NCBI GenBank assembly: GCA_000182565.2
Contig: KQ257458.1
DNA from: Spizellomyces punctatus DAOM BR117
Taxonomy: Eukaryota
Length of the DNA: 64,000 bases
Reading direction: 5' to 3' (one strand)
Shown here: one piece after another, positions 36,813 through 49,331 of the stretch
How the letters are laid out: every line of letters starts with the position of its first letter
Numbering within the stretch: the first letter of the stretch is position 1
Made by a program: the position numbers and the translations under genes
The notes under the pieces: model-generated
Told to the model about the DNA's origin: nothing
Seen by the model: only the letters and a program-made list of their open reading frames with translations
Database searches by the model: none

Positions 36813-39390
36813 TGTTGAGATCAGGCTAAAAGCGCGCGGTATGATCCATACATGATGTGAGATCATGCTGAAATGTCGAAAAACAGTTCACATCTGATCT
36901 GGCTAAGTTACAACGTGGGGAATTGGACTTAGAGTAATCAGAATGATCACAGTCGCGTGTGGGAATGATTTAAAGGGGTAAATCATCATGTAAGCACTCT
37001 TAGAAGGTCTGGAAGGTTTGTGATGATCTAGATCTTCAGGTAACTCTGTCAAGGCATGGCTGAACTTGTGAGCACTGCTGAGCACGGCTGAGCATGTAAA
37101 CAAGTGGGCTGAAGCATGTAAACAGTAAACAAAGGCAGAGGGAGGCTGGAGAATGTACTGGGTTATATAAAGGGGGCTTTTGAACATCTCTGAAATTAAT
37201 ACAAGCATGTTATCCCACAAGTTACTGCACCCAGAAGTCTTACTAGTGGCCACAGGCATTACTAGGCCTTTCAGAAGTGATTTCTACACAGGAAATCAGT
37301 GTTCCAAGCACTAAGTTTCAATAGGTTATGAGCCCTGATAGCTATCACTGATATTTTCCTGCTTCAAATCTCTTTTCTGACGGCCACACCATCTTCCTGA
37401 TGGACCTATCCTCTTCCCAACCTCATATTTGGACCACCTACCACACCAGGACAATTTCACCTCTTCCCCAACAGCAAATCCACTCACCAAATCAGCTCAG
37501 ACATGTCAAACATGGACTTGGACACCAAACTCACAATGGAAAAGTTCAATGGCATGAACTACCACCTCTGGAAGTTCAAAATAACAATGTTGCTGAAGGA
37601 AAAGGGGCTGTGGGGTGTGATTGAGGGGGATGAGAGCATGGAGGGAACCTCTGAGAAGGATTGGAGGAGAAGGGATGAGTGGGCAATGGCAGTAATTGCT
37701 CTGTCACTGAGTGATGCCCAACTCATGCATGTACAGACCGCTGTAACTGCAAAAGAGGCCTGGTTAAAGCTCAGTGATGTCCACCAAAGGAAGGGAATTG
37801 CCAGTAGGCTCTATCTAAGGAGGAAATTTCTCACTCTGAAGATGGAAGACGGCACTGGGGGCATGTTGGGACACATAAACACGGTCAGGACAATGGCTCA
37901 GCAGTTGGAGGCTATTGGGGCGCCAGTCAGTGAAGAAGACCAAGTCATCACCCTACTCTACAGCCTACCAGAGAGTTATGAACAGCTGGTGGTGTCTTTG
38001 GAGGCCAGGAGTGATTCTCTGATGCTGGAATTCCTCACATCATGGCTTTTGCATGAAGAAACATGCAGGAAGGAAGCTGGGGGTGAAGGAGATAGCATAG
38101 GGAAGGCCTTTTTCAGCAGGGATGGTGGGCAGAAGGTTGGCAAGCATGGTGGGACCAAGAAGATAGCAGGGAAGTGCTTCTATTGCAACAAGAAGGGTCA
38201 CTTCAAGAAGGACTGCAGGAAGTTTCTGGCGGACACCAAACAACAAGCCAATCAAGCCAGCACCAGTCAGGCAACTCAGAATGAGTTCCTATTCTTTGCT
38301 CAGTCGGGAGATGACACCAAAACCTCTCAGGGAGCAGTCTGGTGGATTGTGGACTCGGGTGCTTCACAGCACATGTCACACAGGAAGGATTGGATGACCA
38401 ATTACACAGAGATGTCACCAATTCAAGTCCATCTGGCAGACAACAGAACAGTTCAGGCAATAGGGAAGGGCCAGATCACACTTGAGACAGGCAGAACCTG
38501 ATTCTGTACCCTCAGAGACATGTGGTTTGTTCCCAAGCTGGAAAAGAACTTGTTTTCAGTAAGAAGAGCCACTGAAAATGGTGCCAAAGTTGAGTTTGGC
38601 AGCAAGGGATGCTGTATCAAGACTTCAGACAGTCAGGAAGCAATCCAGGGAACTCTAGGCAGCGGTCTCTACATGTTTCACACAAGAGAACATGCAAACA
38701 TAGCCTCTGGAATGAGTTTGGACCTCTGGCATTGCAGGTTAGGACACCTGAACGTCAACAGCATCAAAATCTTGGCTAGGAACCAGCTGGGAAGCGGTCT
38801 GGAGGTCAAGAATCACACAGAAACATCACCATGTGAAGCCTGTGCCATTGGAAAGATCACCAGGCGTCCCTTTCCAAAGGGAGAAGCAGCTAGAGCGGCT
38901 CTACTGCTGGGGGTGGTTCACAGTGATGTGTGTGGGCCCATGAAGACACCAAGTCATGGTGGGGCAAAGTACCTTGTCACATTCATTGATGACAAGTCAA
39001 GGATGATGGCAGTTTATCTTCTGAAGGAGAAGAGTGAGGTTCTCAGCAAATTCAAGGAGTTTGAGGCCTGGGCAACCAACTTCATGGGGCAGAAGATCAA
39101 AACTCTCAGATCAGACAATGGGGGAGAGTATGTGGGCAAAGAATTCAAGAAATTCTGCAAGCAGAAGGGAATTCAGCAGCAATTCAGCACCCCCTACACA
39201 CCAGAGCAGAATGGTGTTGTTGAGAGGATGAACAGGATGCTGGTGGAAATGGGAAGGTGCATGCTGCACCACAGTGGACTCAGCTACAAGTTCTGGGGTG
39301 AGGCAATCATGACAGCAGTCTATCTCAGGAACAGGAGTCCCACTGCAGCACTCAGCAACCAATCAACACCATTTCAAGAGTTTACAGGGG
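36813..39390 (+). mobile_element. Ty1/copia element B (5' LTR, gag, protease, integrase core; RT missing)
   Basis: LTR 36813-37323 (TGTTGA...TCAATA); PBS GGTTATGAGCCCT; gag CFYCNKKGHFKKDC; protease WIVDSGAS; LWHCRLGH; integrase VHSDVCGP, LRSDNGGEY, PEQNGVVER. One in-frame TGA at 38499-38501. Confidence 0.95.
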
Positions 39391-39392
39391 CA

Positions 39393-39600
39393 TGTAACAG
39401 AGTTCTTCTGTTAGTTACTTTGTGTCTAGTTAGTTAGTTAGTCAGTAGTATTAAGTCAGTAGTATTAAAGTATAGTAGTTTGGACTTGGACAATGTCAGC
39501 ACAAGTTCATTAGTCTCAAAATGGCAGGCACACATCTCTGAAACAAATGTTAGTAAGGAGGTATGTCTAAAGGTTGATTTACCTCAAAAAGGTAACTTAT
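39393..39600 (+). repeat. Partial, diverged second copy of the gypsy LTR
   Basis: TGTAACAGAGTTCTTCTGTTAGTTACTTTG...AATGGCAGGCACACATCTCTGAAACAAATGTTAGTAAGGAG matches 32588-32780 with indels, then similarity stops. Confidence 0.85.
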
Positions 39601-39872
39601 GCTTCCTTGGCAGTCAGTGCCAACTGAACATGCATGAGTTGAATGTCACCCAGTGATAAAGCAATCCAAGCCATTGCCCTTTCTTTCCTCCTTTTTCCAT
39701 CCCTTACATCCTTCTCAGATGCCCATTCCACCAGCTGATCCTCCCCCTCCCCCTCAATCACTTGCAAAGGTGGTAAGTATGTATCAATTGAAACTTTAGT
39801 GTCAAGATCTGATCCAAGTCTTTGAATTTGTGAAGTCAGCTATGGGTATTCAGGGCTGATAACCCATTGAAA
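39597..39872 (-). mobile_element. Inverted, degenerate copia fragment C (LTR end, PBS, gag 5' part)
   Basis: Minus strand reads TTTCAATG-GGTTATCAGCCCTG, then AMAWIALSLGDIQLMHVQLALTAKEA, paralogous to AMAVIALSLSDAQLMHVQTAVTAKEA of copia B. Confidence 0.8.
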
Positions 39873-40657
39873 GTTGTGCTAGGAAACTGTTTCAAAAAAC
39901 AAGAAAAGAGCTCTGATGCTGGGAATGAAACTGGGCAAAGTAAGGTGATAATTATGGGTTTTGGGTAATTTTGCACTTAACACTTAATCCTTTTTTTGGG
40001 GGTGCTGATACTTAGTATTTTGATATTGTGCCAAGCATCGGCCCAGTGTCTGTGAATCAGTATGCATTGCTTCCCTCAGTAGGCTCATAACACAACAGTT
40101 CTTTATTGCCTTACTGTTTCCAGCACCCCAAGTGGTCCAACTGCAGCCTCACTTGCCCCTTGCAGTTCTGCCATTCTCACACCACACTCTCTAACATGTA
40201 TGTATCTTTGTATGACTATTTGGGCCATCCCTTTAAGGCAGATTTTATAGTCCATTTTCAGCATTTAGGTTGCTGCAACATCTCAACAGTTTCAAGGGAA
40301 ACCAGTCTGCTTCCTTATAAAATAGAGGGAACTTTGCTCTGTGCATGTGTCAGAAAACCAGAATTTGAGAGTACCATGGGGACAAATGCTGGTATCTCTG
40401 CTTAATAAACATGCTAAAATCTTAATTCTCCTAAATGCATTGGGTTTCCCTTGGAATAATACCAGCACCAATATATAGTATGCCAACAACCTTGCTCTCT
40501 ACAAAAGAACCTGCTATATGTCTACAAGATCCAAATATCTAGCTAATTCTCCTCTTAATAAGGCATAATGTGATAAAAGAATTGTCTGATAGTTGTGGAA
40601 ATAGTAACTGGTTACTCTTTTCTTTATCCAATAAGCCTTGAGTATCTCTATTAGATA

Positions 40658-40782
40658 GTAGTATAGCTATCCAATAATGTTCCAATACCTCTTTTTGACA
40701 AAGTTCTTATGTTTATAATTTTGTAGTATAGCTATCCAATAATGTTCCAATACCTCTTTTTGACAAAGTTCTTATGTTTATA
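40658..40782. repeat. Exact 60-bp direct duplication in AT-rich decayed DNA
   Basis: GTAGTATAGCTATCC...CTTATGTTTATA at 40658-40717 and 40723-40782. Confidence 0.9.
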
Positions 40783-41237
40783 GTTTCTGAGTAGAGTGTT
40801 ATATACTAGTAGCTTCACACTCTCATTATTTAGATTAGGGTAAAACTTAATTTTTATATATTTTCAGAGGTTAACAGTTATGGAAATATAACCATTAATA
40901 GTTAGCTTGCCAAATTTCTAAATAGATATATCTGGATATATTTACTTCTATTTTATAACAGTCCCTTCCAATAACAATTTCTGCCAAAAAAAGAAAGGTA
41001 TAGATGTAGCCAGTTACAGTTAAGTACATCTCTTGTGGAGCTTTATGCTTGCACTATTCTTTAAACTCCTTCTCTCTACTTGTATATACTTTCTGAGTAT
41101 TAATTAGATTTATAGATAGGAGGCAGAATATTATACCAGACATGAACTCTTACTAATATATATTACTATATTATACTACCTCTGTTTGTGAATGGCTATA
41201 TTATACTCCATATACTGGGTACTATTTGTTTAATAAA

Positions 41238-44200
41238 CTATGTTGCTTTTGGGCCAAGTAAAAGGAACCTAAGTGAGTGCAGTGAGTATGCACATAACAT
41301 TAAGGTGTTGTCAGCAACTCTCTTCATACCACTTATTCCTGGTATTAGCAGCTTCCTTGCGAACAAGTCGCTTTGGGTCATCCAAAGCACTCATCAGGTC
41401 TCGCAGTATTCCCGGTTTGAGAGGATGAAGGATGGCATAATCCATGCACTCGGGAAGTTTCCCTAGAACTTTAAGTGCTGCCATCCGGACATGCTGAGGA
41501 TTGGATTGAGTATCAACCTCGATGGGGTTATTCTGGCAGTAAGCCGCTTACCATGGTATCCCCGGTGGCAACACTTTTGGCTGTCACAATCTTCAACAGC
41601 GATGTCACTAACGAAGCCGCTTGATCAGACAGGGTGGCCTCATGGTCACTTAGCATAGCTTGAAATGTATCCAATGTCGCAAGCTTCAACTCGGGAGAAG
41701 GAAGGATGAGGGAGGAAAGAAGCAGAGGCAAAAGCTTGAGTCGATGTTAGTCGTATCGATAGCATCGTAGTGTGTCCCATTAACAATCTGCACCTGTGGG
41801 AGCGCATTTGACACGACTTGTTTCGGAAGATTCTGCAGAAGATGAGAAAGTGCAAGAAGATGGCACTGCTTGGCGGCTGTAGTAGGAGAGTGTCTGTTAG
41901 GGAACGAAGTCTTGAAGGTTCGCCAATTCTCACTGGTTACCCGCTGAGCCAGTTTGAAAGCCGATGACAAGACGTGGCACACAGAAACTAAAGAGGCGCT
42001 GTCTGTGGAGGAGCTAGATAGGATGTTAGCACCACTCCACCAATCCGCCCACTTTCTGTTGATTTTGCACACCGATACCTTCACATTTGCGAAGGTCTGT
42101 CTGGTGAAAGTTTTATCAGTTGGGTCGCTTGCGATGATACCCATTCCTTGTGCAGCTGCGGCACCTAGACTGTCATCTGACAATAGTCCCAGAATGTCCG
42201 ACAGTAGCTCGTACCCCAATGGATGGGACTTTAACACCAGAGCCTTGACAAGCTACAGACAGGAAACAGCTTAGTGACGACACAAAGCGGGTGTTCAAAA
42301 TCTCGCTTACCCAGACGTAAACTTGCAGGTACTGTTGCCTATATTGTTGAACCATAGCCAGATTGGATATCCCGCTACGAATTTTTGACAGTATTCCATC
42401 TTGCAGGAATCCCGAAACCGCTGTATCTTTTCCGGAAGAATGAGACAACTACATATGGAAGAGCTCCATGGCCTTCTTTACCATCGTGCATCTTGTTTAG
42501 AATGGATGCCACACTTTTGGCGAGCGATTCAATTAAGATCTCATTGCTCGCGTCCAGGGACCGAACCAGAAGATCCTGTAAAAACTCATTGATACTGGGT
42601 ATTGCCAATGTCACCTTAAGGCCAACAGATTAGATCTGTGTCGAACTCCTTGAATGTCCACAAGGGCATACCTCAGGTCGACAACTGCATATAACAGCCG
42701 CAAAGAGAAGAGATGCATTAGTTTCCTGCAGCGGCGCCTCGGCCTACAAATGCGGGATCTCAGTCAATTATATGTTCAGGAGACTTGATGCTGATGCCAT
42801 TACCGATAATGGACAGAATGAACTGCTTCCGAGCAATGTTCTCGTAGCTTCAGGGAGCAGGCTCGTATTCCCCCGGACGTAAATATCTATCATATTCCGG
42901 AGAATCTTTTCTTGCAGCCTATTGTGATATTGTACTTTGAATTCACAAGTCGTGATCTGATGGAAAGTATGAGTTTACTCACAAGACCGTGGATTGCCTC
43001 ATGATTGACGAAAAGATGCTCGCCCAAATGCGAAGTATGGTTGTTGTAGTAAAGATACCGCCCTTGCCTGCCGCGGCTATCGTTGCCTTGTACAGCAACG
43101 GAGAGAGAATGCTCTCAGCGGCTTCTGACACGAAATCATTCCTGTCCCCTAGCTCCTGCGGCAATTTCTCGCGGTGCTCAATGATGTGCAGCATAGTACT
43201 TGACAAAGCTTCTGCGTATGATAAATCACCGTGACTAGAACCTGCGGTTTCACGGACGCCTACATTTTCGTCCAGAGTTAATCGTAACTAAACCCATGTA
43301 CAGCTTCCGAGTTGAAGCAGCGCACGTACTGTCAAGCCTTTCCAGAAGGCGCTGTAACGCCGGAGCACACAGTGTTCGTTCTACGGACAATTCTCGAACA
43401 TCTCCCAGCAGCTCTTCCAGCGAAAGCAGTTTTGGAGTCGTCTCAGTACAGCTGCCAACTAGTGATGTACATGGCGTCAGGGGAAGAGATTTACAACACG
43501 TTGTCTTGACCTGCTTCCCCACTCACCTGGGAGTTGTGCAAACAGCTGCGAAACCGTATGCTGCAGCACAAGGTCCGGCCTCACCCTAGACAGCGAGACT
43601 AACGAGACCAAAGCCTCCGATCTGGCATCGAGGTCTGCATCCATCAGCAGCGATTGGTGCAGTTGTCCTAACGCCAGTCCAACCTTTCCAGCGGAAGCAG
43701 CTGTTTGAATTATGGTCTTTCCGTTATTTCAACAATTTGCCGCTCACCTCAGGACCAGCGAGCAATTGACGGGACATCAATAGTTCAATAATTCCTCGCA
43801 ATCCAGCTTGTCGAAGCGGTACGTATGCACTCGCCGCTGACGCGGCGGCAATGCATATGTCCAGGACCCTCTCCTTGAACACCAGTAACGGAGTAATAAA
43901 ATCATCATCGACTTAAACGAATTAGATTATGAGTCTTTGAACCAGCTTCTCAGAGATGCCCTACCATCCATCGCCTCCGTGTTGACTGACCCATAAACTT
44001 CTCGACCTGCACTAAGGAAATCTACAACCACATCAAGTAGTGTTTTGCGTCTAGAGGCAATATCTCTAGCAGAGCATTGTTCAAGGACTGAGGGAAGAAC
44101 AGCGTTCACCACATAGTGGCAGGCAGGGTCTGGGGAAGAAAGATACGGTCAGGAAACATATAGTATCGCAGTCAAACGAGACGCTATCAGGTAATGCATA

Positions 44201-45840
44201 CCAGAAGAGGAGGCGGCCGCGACCAACATTTTTCCACTCAATCTCGCATATTTTAGCTCTGGATCCGTTAGGTGGTGGAGTGAGTCTTTTACAGCAAATT
44301 CCAAGTACAACTCTAGTGGGGATTTCATGGCATGGGATATCACCGTCGCGCTCGAGAGAGTTGCAGTTATTGCACGTATAGAGCCCAATGCTGCTGTGAT
44401 ATTTGCATCATCCGCAGCTTTAAAAACCTTGAGAAGGGGCCAGTGTAAGCAAATAACGATCGACTGGTGTAGCGCCAATATTAACGAACCTCCTCTTTCA
44501 GGTAATGCCATAGGTGCTCAGCATGAGGAAAGACAGCCTCCGGTCCGTACACTGGAGCGCACGCTGTGAGAGTTTCCATAGCATCGCGCTAGTAGATATT
44601 GTAAACGATAAGTCATGACGATTACCTTTTACGTTGCTGCGTCTAATCAGACGCTTCGCACCTTTGCATTGCCAGAGATGCTAGCCAGCTTTTCAATTAA
44701 TAGAGGCATAGCGTAGGTGGAAAATAATCGCGTCGCCGAAATACAGTCTCGCAGAGCGACTTTGAGATCATCTGCCGTAATTCCATAGATGTCATCTGGG
44801 GGAGGACGAAAGGTGATCGGAAAGTAGCAGAACACGACTCCAAACAAGTCCTGACCGCAGAACTACCGTAAGCATACTTTCCCAACACATACCGTAGGTT
44901 CTGTCTCACCTCTGCAAATTTGGTACAGTCGAATGACTCAATTAAGACTTTGGCAATACGAAACGCCATGAGAAGATTACGCGGATCTTTTTCGCCATCC
45001 ATTGCTTGAATGAAACCCGAGATGAAGTCATCTCCCATAAACTTCATCGCTAAAGCCACATTCACGATAAATACAAGATTTTATTACTTAAGGATTCGCA
45101 AAGAAAATGCCATACCAGTAAGATGGTGTTGCAGAAGCAGTTCGAGAATACTGAACGCCATGTGACGGGTCGTCTGTTGATATGTTTGTAAGGCAATTTC
45201 TGAAAACATTCTACAAGGAACAATATCTATACTCCGGCGATCTGACTCATTACGTACGCCCGAATTCATACCTGGAAGGAATCTGCAGTGCATTATCTGA
45301 AGCCACTGCATTAGCCTTCAGCAAGGCATGAATGCCCTTCAGAAGCTCGCCAACGCTGGGTTGGTCCTGAAGTCTCTCTAAATAAAACTTAACAAGAACC
45401 GTGCCTTTTGTTCCATTGAATCTGAGATTCCGGTTATGCTCTAAATTCGTGTGCATCACCTTACTCACTGACATTCTTTCCCAATTGCTGAGTTGTGCAG
45501 GAACTCAGCACTGACGAAAGCAGGCCAATGCCTTAAAACATGGGAAGGGTCACCAAGGGCGTCTTTAAAACAGCTCAAAATAGGGAAAGTAAAAACCTTT
45601 CGCGCGAATAAATGGGTCCGTATTGGTTAGTTTGGGTCCCAACTGCTCCACCAGGGTGAGAAAGGTCAGGCTTCCATTGTCCACAGCTGCTTGAGTTGGA
45701 AAATCAAGAAGTGTTCGGCTACAATACCTTGCTCAAATTATCAGCCACTAACCTGAAGTAATTTCACCCAGTGCTTCCGCTCTCTCGGCCGACTCTAAGG
45801 GAGCAGTTATGAATGTTTCTATGCGCACGAGCAATGACAT
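41238..45840 (-). CDS. MMS19: MMS19/MET18 cytosolic Fe-S assembly HEAT-repeat protein, many introns
   Basis: MDGEKDPRNLL, FCYFPITFRPPPDDIYGITADDLK, C-terminal ALDDPKRLVRKEAANTRNKW-FLL. Confidence 0.93.
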
Positions 45841-45893
45841 GACGACCGCTGGAGATCTGTGAATGGAAGAGGAATACGCTGTTGAGTGATGGA

Positions 45894-45910
45894 TGAGTCA
45901 TATCACGTGA
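45894..45910. promoter_or_regulatory. Adjacent AP-1/Gcn4 site (TGAGTCA) and E-box (TCACGTGA) in the divergent MMS19/bZIP promoter
   Basis: Exact motifs at 45894-45900 and 45903-45910. Confidence 0.4.
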
Positions 45911-46250
45911 TCTTTTTCGTAACAGGGTGTTTCGCTTACCTGAAAGACCGTTCAGCTCGCAGCGTCCTTCAGCTCCATTACACCATCTATCATTGTTTAT
46001 CTCTATCACAAGGTATTTTCGCCCAGATTTCAGAGCAATAGTAGAAATCTGGTGGCCGCTTGACCTGAAATATTGGATTAATGAGAGGTGGGGCATAGGC
46101 TGCGTGGGAATTGATGGCTTTGTGGTGGCCCCACCGTTCAGGTCGTATGTCCCCAGCAGTAGACCGTTCTAACAATCGATAATGATATATGATTGTCCAC
46201 AAGACGACTAACCTTAGCTTTTCTCTTGCGTGAATTGCAGTGGAAAGGAG

Positions 46251-47705
46251 ATGGACTCATCACTCACACACACACCACTTCCAATGACACCAACGCAAGG
46301 GATGACTTCAACATCACCGGGTTCTCGACCAGGTGAACATATTAGCGACTCTGGCGCAGACAATCCACCATCTCCGACCCCATCTTCCGGCACTCCTAAC
46401 TCACGCAAAGTTTCAGCCAAACGAGCAGAACAAAATCGAGCAGCACAGCGCGCCTTTCGGGAGCGCAAGCAACGGTATATCAAAGAGCTGGAGGTAAAAG
46501 CTGCCCTTCTAGATGCTCGAAATGGCCAACTTCAAGATTCCGAGAATCGACACCGAGAACTTCGTAACATGGTGGAAAGACTTACGCGAGAGCGGGATGT
46601 GCGGATCAAGGAGCGGGAGCTCTGGTGGAGAGAGAGAGAGGAAGTGTTTAGGATAGTGGATGCGCTGCGACGAGATCTTGAACAGCTTCACGGGGAAAAT
46701 GAACGACTGAAGGAGGTCGTTTTTGGATTATGGCAGGAATCGCGTGAGACAAGTGCAAGTGGAAACGAAGAGACTGAAGGATGTAACGGTGACGACGACG
46801 GTGCTGATGTTGAACCAGGGGACAGAGAGAAGGCAATTGCTTTGTCGCAATACGATAGACATGCTGACAAAGAAAAGGTGCTCTCTATTGACAATTCTGG
46901 AAAAGCTGATGCTGAAGGTTCAGCGACGAGCAATACGTCTCTCGGAAGCGTTGCGTTTGCTACATTAATCGAGCGTGGCACTAGTGGGAGTAGTGGTGCC
47001 ACGACAGGAAACAGCTTGTCGGATGCTCTTTTGGTGGATCTAAAAAATCGAATCAGCTACTGGGACGCAGAGCGAGAGGCCCTATACCGAACTTCCGCGT
47101 TCCCACCAATGCCCGTGGCTCCTAATGCATCGCTGAGCATGGGAATGACAACACCACCTTATGGCGCACCTAAGACGACAGGAGATGGCCGTCCGCCATC
47201 TGGGCTTGCAGTCCCCGCTCATGCATCCGGGTCGGCCTCTCAGCCTAGCAGCGCAGGGGGGGAGCGAGGTGGAACGTCCAATGGAGTTGCAGTGTCGTCG
47301 ACGGTCGCAACGAGTATTCCTAACACCCCAATGGCAGTGCTAACAACGCCATCACCATCCGTTAGTGCGCCCTCAGCCGCAGTTGCCGCAGCTCCAAATT
47401 TCATGGATACTCTGTTCTCGACAATTCTGTCGGCATCAGGACCATTTAACGGTATGTCGGGGGTTCCTAATATAGGTGGAGTAGGGGGACCATTCGTTCC
47501 ACTTTCGGTTGGAATGGGACCTTTAACTGCGACACCAGCAGCTCTCTCCGCTGCCTTGGCGACAACAGGGAAATTAGCTCCAGTTACAGGTTCACCAGCT
47601 GCGTTGCCGGCGACGCCTTTAGCTGGTATTAATGGAAGCAACTACTTCGGAAAGGCGGGATCCTCGCCGTCGCAGCTTCAACCGGGGGCCGAGCCGCAAA
47701 CGTAA
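46251..47705 (+). CDS. Yap/AP-1-like bZIP transcription factor
   Basis: Basic region KRAEQNRAAQRAFRERKQRYIKELE plus coiled coil; single coding exon preceded by branch site GACTAAC and acceptor TTGCAG (probable 5' intron). Confidence 0.9.
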   Translation: MDSSLTHTPLPMTPTQGMTSTSPGSRPGEHISDSGADNPPSPTPSSGTPNSRKVSAKRAEQNRAAQRAFRERKQRYIKELEVKAALLDARNGQLQDSENRHRELRNMVERLTRERDVRIKERELWWREREEVFRIVDALRRDLEQLHGENERLKEVVFGLWQESRETSASGNEETEGCNGDDDGADVEPGDREKAIALSQYDRHADKEKVLSIDNSGKADAEGSATSNTSLGSVAFATLIERGTSGSSGATTGNSLSDALLVDLKNRISYWDAEREALYRTSAFPPMPVAPNASLSMGMTTPPYGAPKTTGDGRPPSGLAVPAHASGSASQPSSAGGERGGTSNGVAVSSTVATSIPNTPMAVLTTPSPSVSAPSAAVAAAPNFMDTLFSTILSASGPFNGMSGVPNIGGVGGPFVPLSVGMGPLTATPAALSAALATTGKLAPVTGSPAALPATPLAGINGSNYFGKAGSSPSQLQPGAEPQT

Positions 47706-47899
47706 TGATAGTATACTTTGTATCTGGTAGTATAGTAGAGATTAGGCGCAGGCGGAGATGTCACTAGTTCTCTGATTGAATCCATGTTTCCAACCGGATT
47801 CACGAACATTAATTATAGCCCCACGTGACGACGCTTGCCAGACCTCCACCCAATCTCAGCCCAAGCTTTCCATTCTGTTTTTGCACTGAAGGAGTGTTG

Positions 47900-49331
47900 A
47901 TGATGTCCAGGAAATCGCGCTTCAAGATCCTCGACGAGGAAATTGCACGCTTTGTGCTTGACAGTAGTCTTAGCCCTGAAGAACTCAGTAAGTACAGCGC
48001 GACTTAGTGTAAAGCGCTCTCATCGTCACTTGGCTTGTGTCCCGAAGCTTTTAGAACGTGGGTGATCACGAAGGTTGGACGATATGGCAGCACACCTAGA
48101 AAGCTACATCCTTACTCCACATACAGACGCGCGCTATAATTACTGAGGAACTTGGCGACGCTGCACGTGTATGCTGCTTTGGCAGCTCGGCTACCGTTCC
48201 CTGTAGGTTACCGCCGACACATCACTGTAGAGTGGACGACAATTCTTACGTGTACTCGCAGGCCTAATCCTGCACTCATCAGACCTTGATTTGGTTAGTA
48301 GATCTGTTTTTATGACATTGTACTTTATGAACAGAGTTCTTTGTTTTGTGCAGGTTGTTTTCTACGATTGCGCCGATCTGGGCAGTGACGGGCGATTTGA
48401 TAAAGGAACGCAGGTGACACGAGAATCCAACATACGCATTTTGAAGCGACTTCAAGAGTGCCTTTACCGCTCAACCCTCCCTGTGCGAGAGTCCATTCGC
48501 CTTATCGGTCTCGCAAACGTTCCTGTACTTAAATGGACCGAACGGCTCACGCACGTACCTGTGGACATTAGCGTGAACAACTCCGCTGGCATGGACTCAA
48601 GTATCCAAGTAAACGCTTGGCTTCAACAGTACCCCGCACTGAAGCCCACAACCCTGGTCCTGAAAAACTATCTGTGGAGACTTGGTTTGAATGATAATTA
48701 TTCTGGTGGAATGGGGTAAGGATAATGCAAGCATCGACATTGAAGGTCCTTTAACTTGATATGGTCTTTCAGCTCGTATCTGCTAGTAAATCTCTTGGTT
48801 TTTCTGTTCCAACAACAACCGACCCTGAATCAAAGTCCAGACTGTTGTGCGAGAGCTTTGCTTTCGTTCCTGAGCTATTACGGGTATCTCTTCAACTATC
48901 GAGAGTACGGAATTTCTACTAGGATGGGGAAGCCGTTCTTGCTCACCACCCACACACGCTCATGGCACTCTCCTCGTCGCACAGACATTGTCCCGTTGGT
49001 TGTGGAGGATCCAACAGATCCTTTGAGGGATATTGGGCATTCCTCATTCAACATTGCGGCCATATTTAAATTGTTTAAGTGCGACTTTGAAAAGCTTCAA
49101 GCGATGATGACGCCAGGAACATCTTTACCCCAGGGTGGAATATTAGGATTGCTCTGGAAGACTGAATCCCAGGGCTGGCTAAGCTCAAAAATGGACAGTA
49201 GCATGGCAAATCGGGAGTTCACCCATACCATGATGCACTGCATTAGTGGATGCACCAGTTTCGCATCTGTTCACCAAAAGACAGAAGCCATCAATGAGAC
49301 CACTCAAAGCAACACAGATGAGGAGGAATAA
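47900..49331 (+). CDS. Non-canonical poly(A) polymerase / nucleotidyltransferase (Trf4/PAP2-like)
   Basis: Spliced FGSSAT...SSDLDL, ANVPVLK, VDISVNN, GLNDNYSGGMG-SYLL, PAP-associated LVVEDPTDPLRDIGHSSFNI. Confidence 0.85.

Noticed and set aside
32588-39600. Treating the two gypsy LTR copies as a matched pair of one intact element
   Set aside because: The second copy is partial and visibly diverged, no TSD can be checked, and integrase is missing; the relationship is unresolved.
25340-41237. Terminal inverted repeats or TSD bounding the whole island (Starship, Maverick or Helitron signature)
   Set aside because: None found by eye; no tyrosine recombinase, integrase/PolB or Rep-helicase motifs, and the helicase is SF2 rather than PIF1-type.
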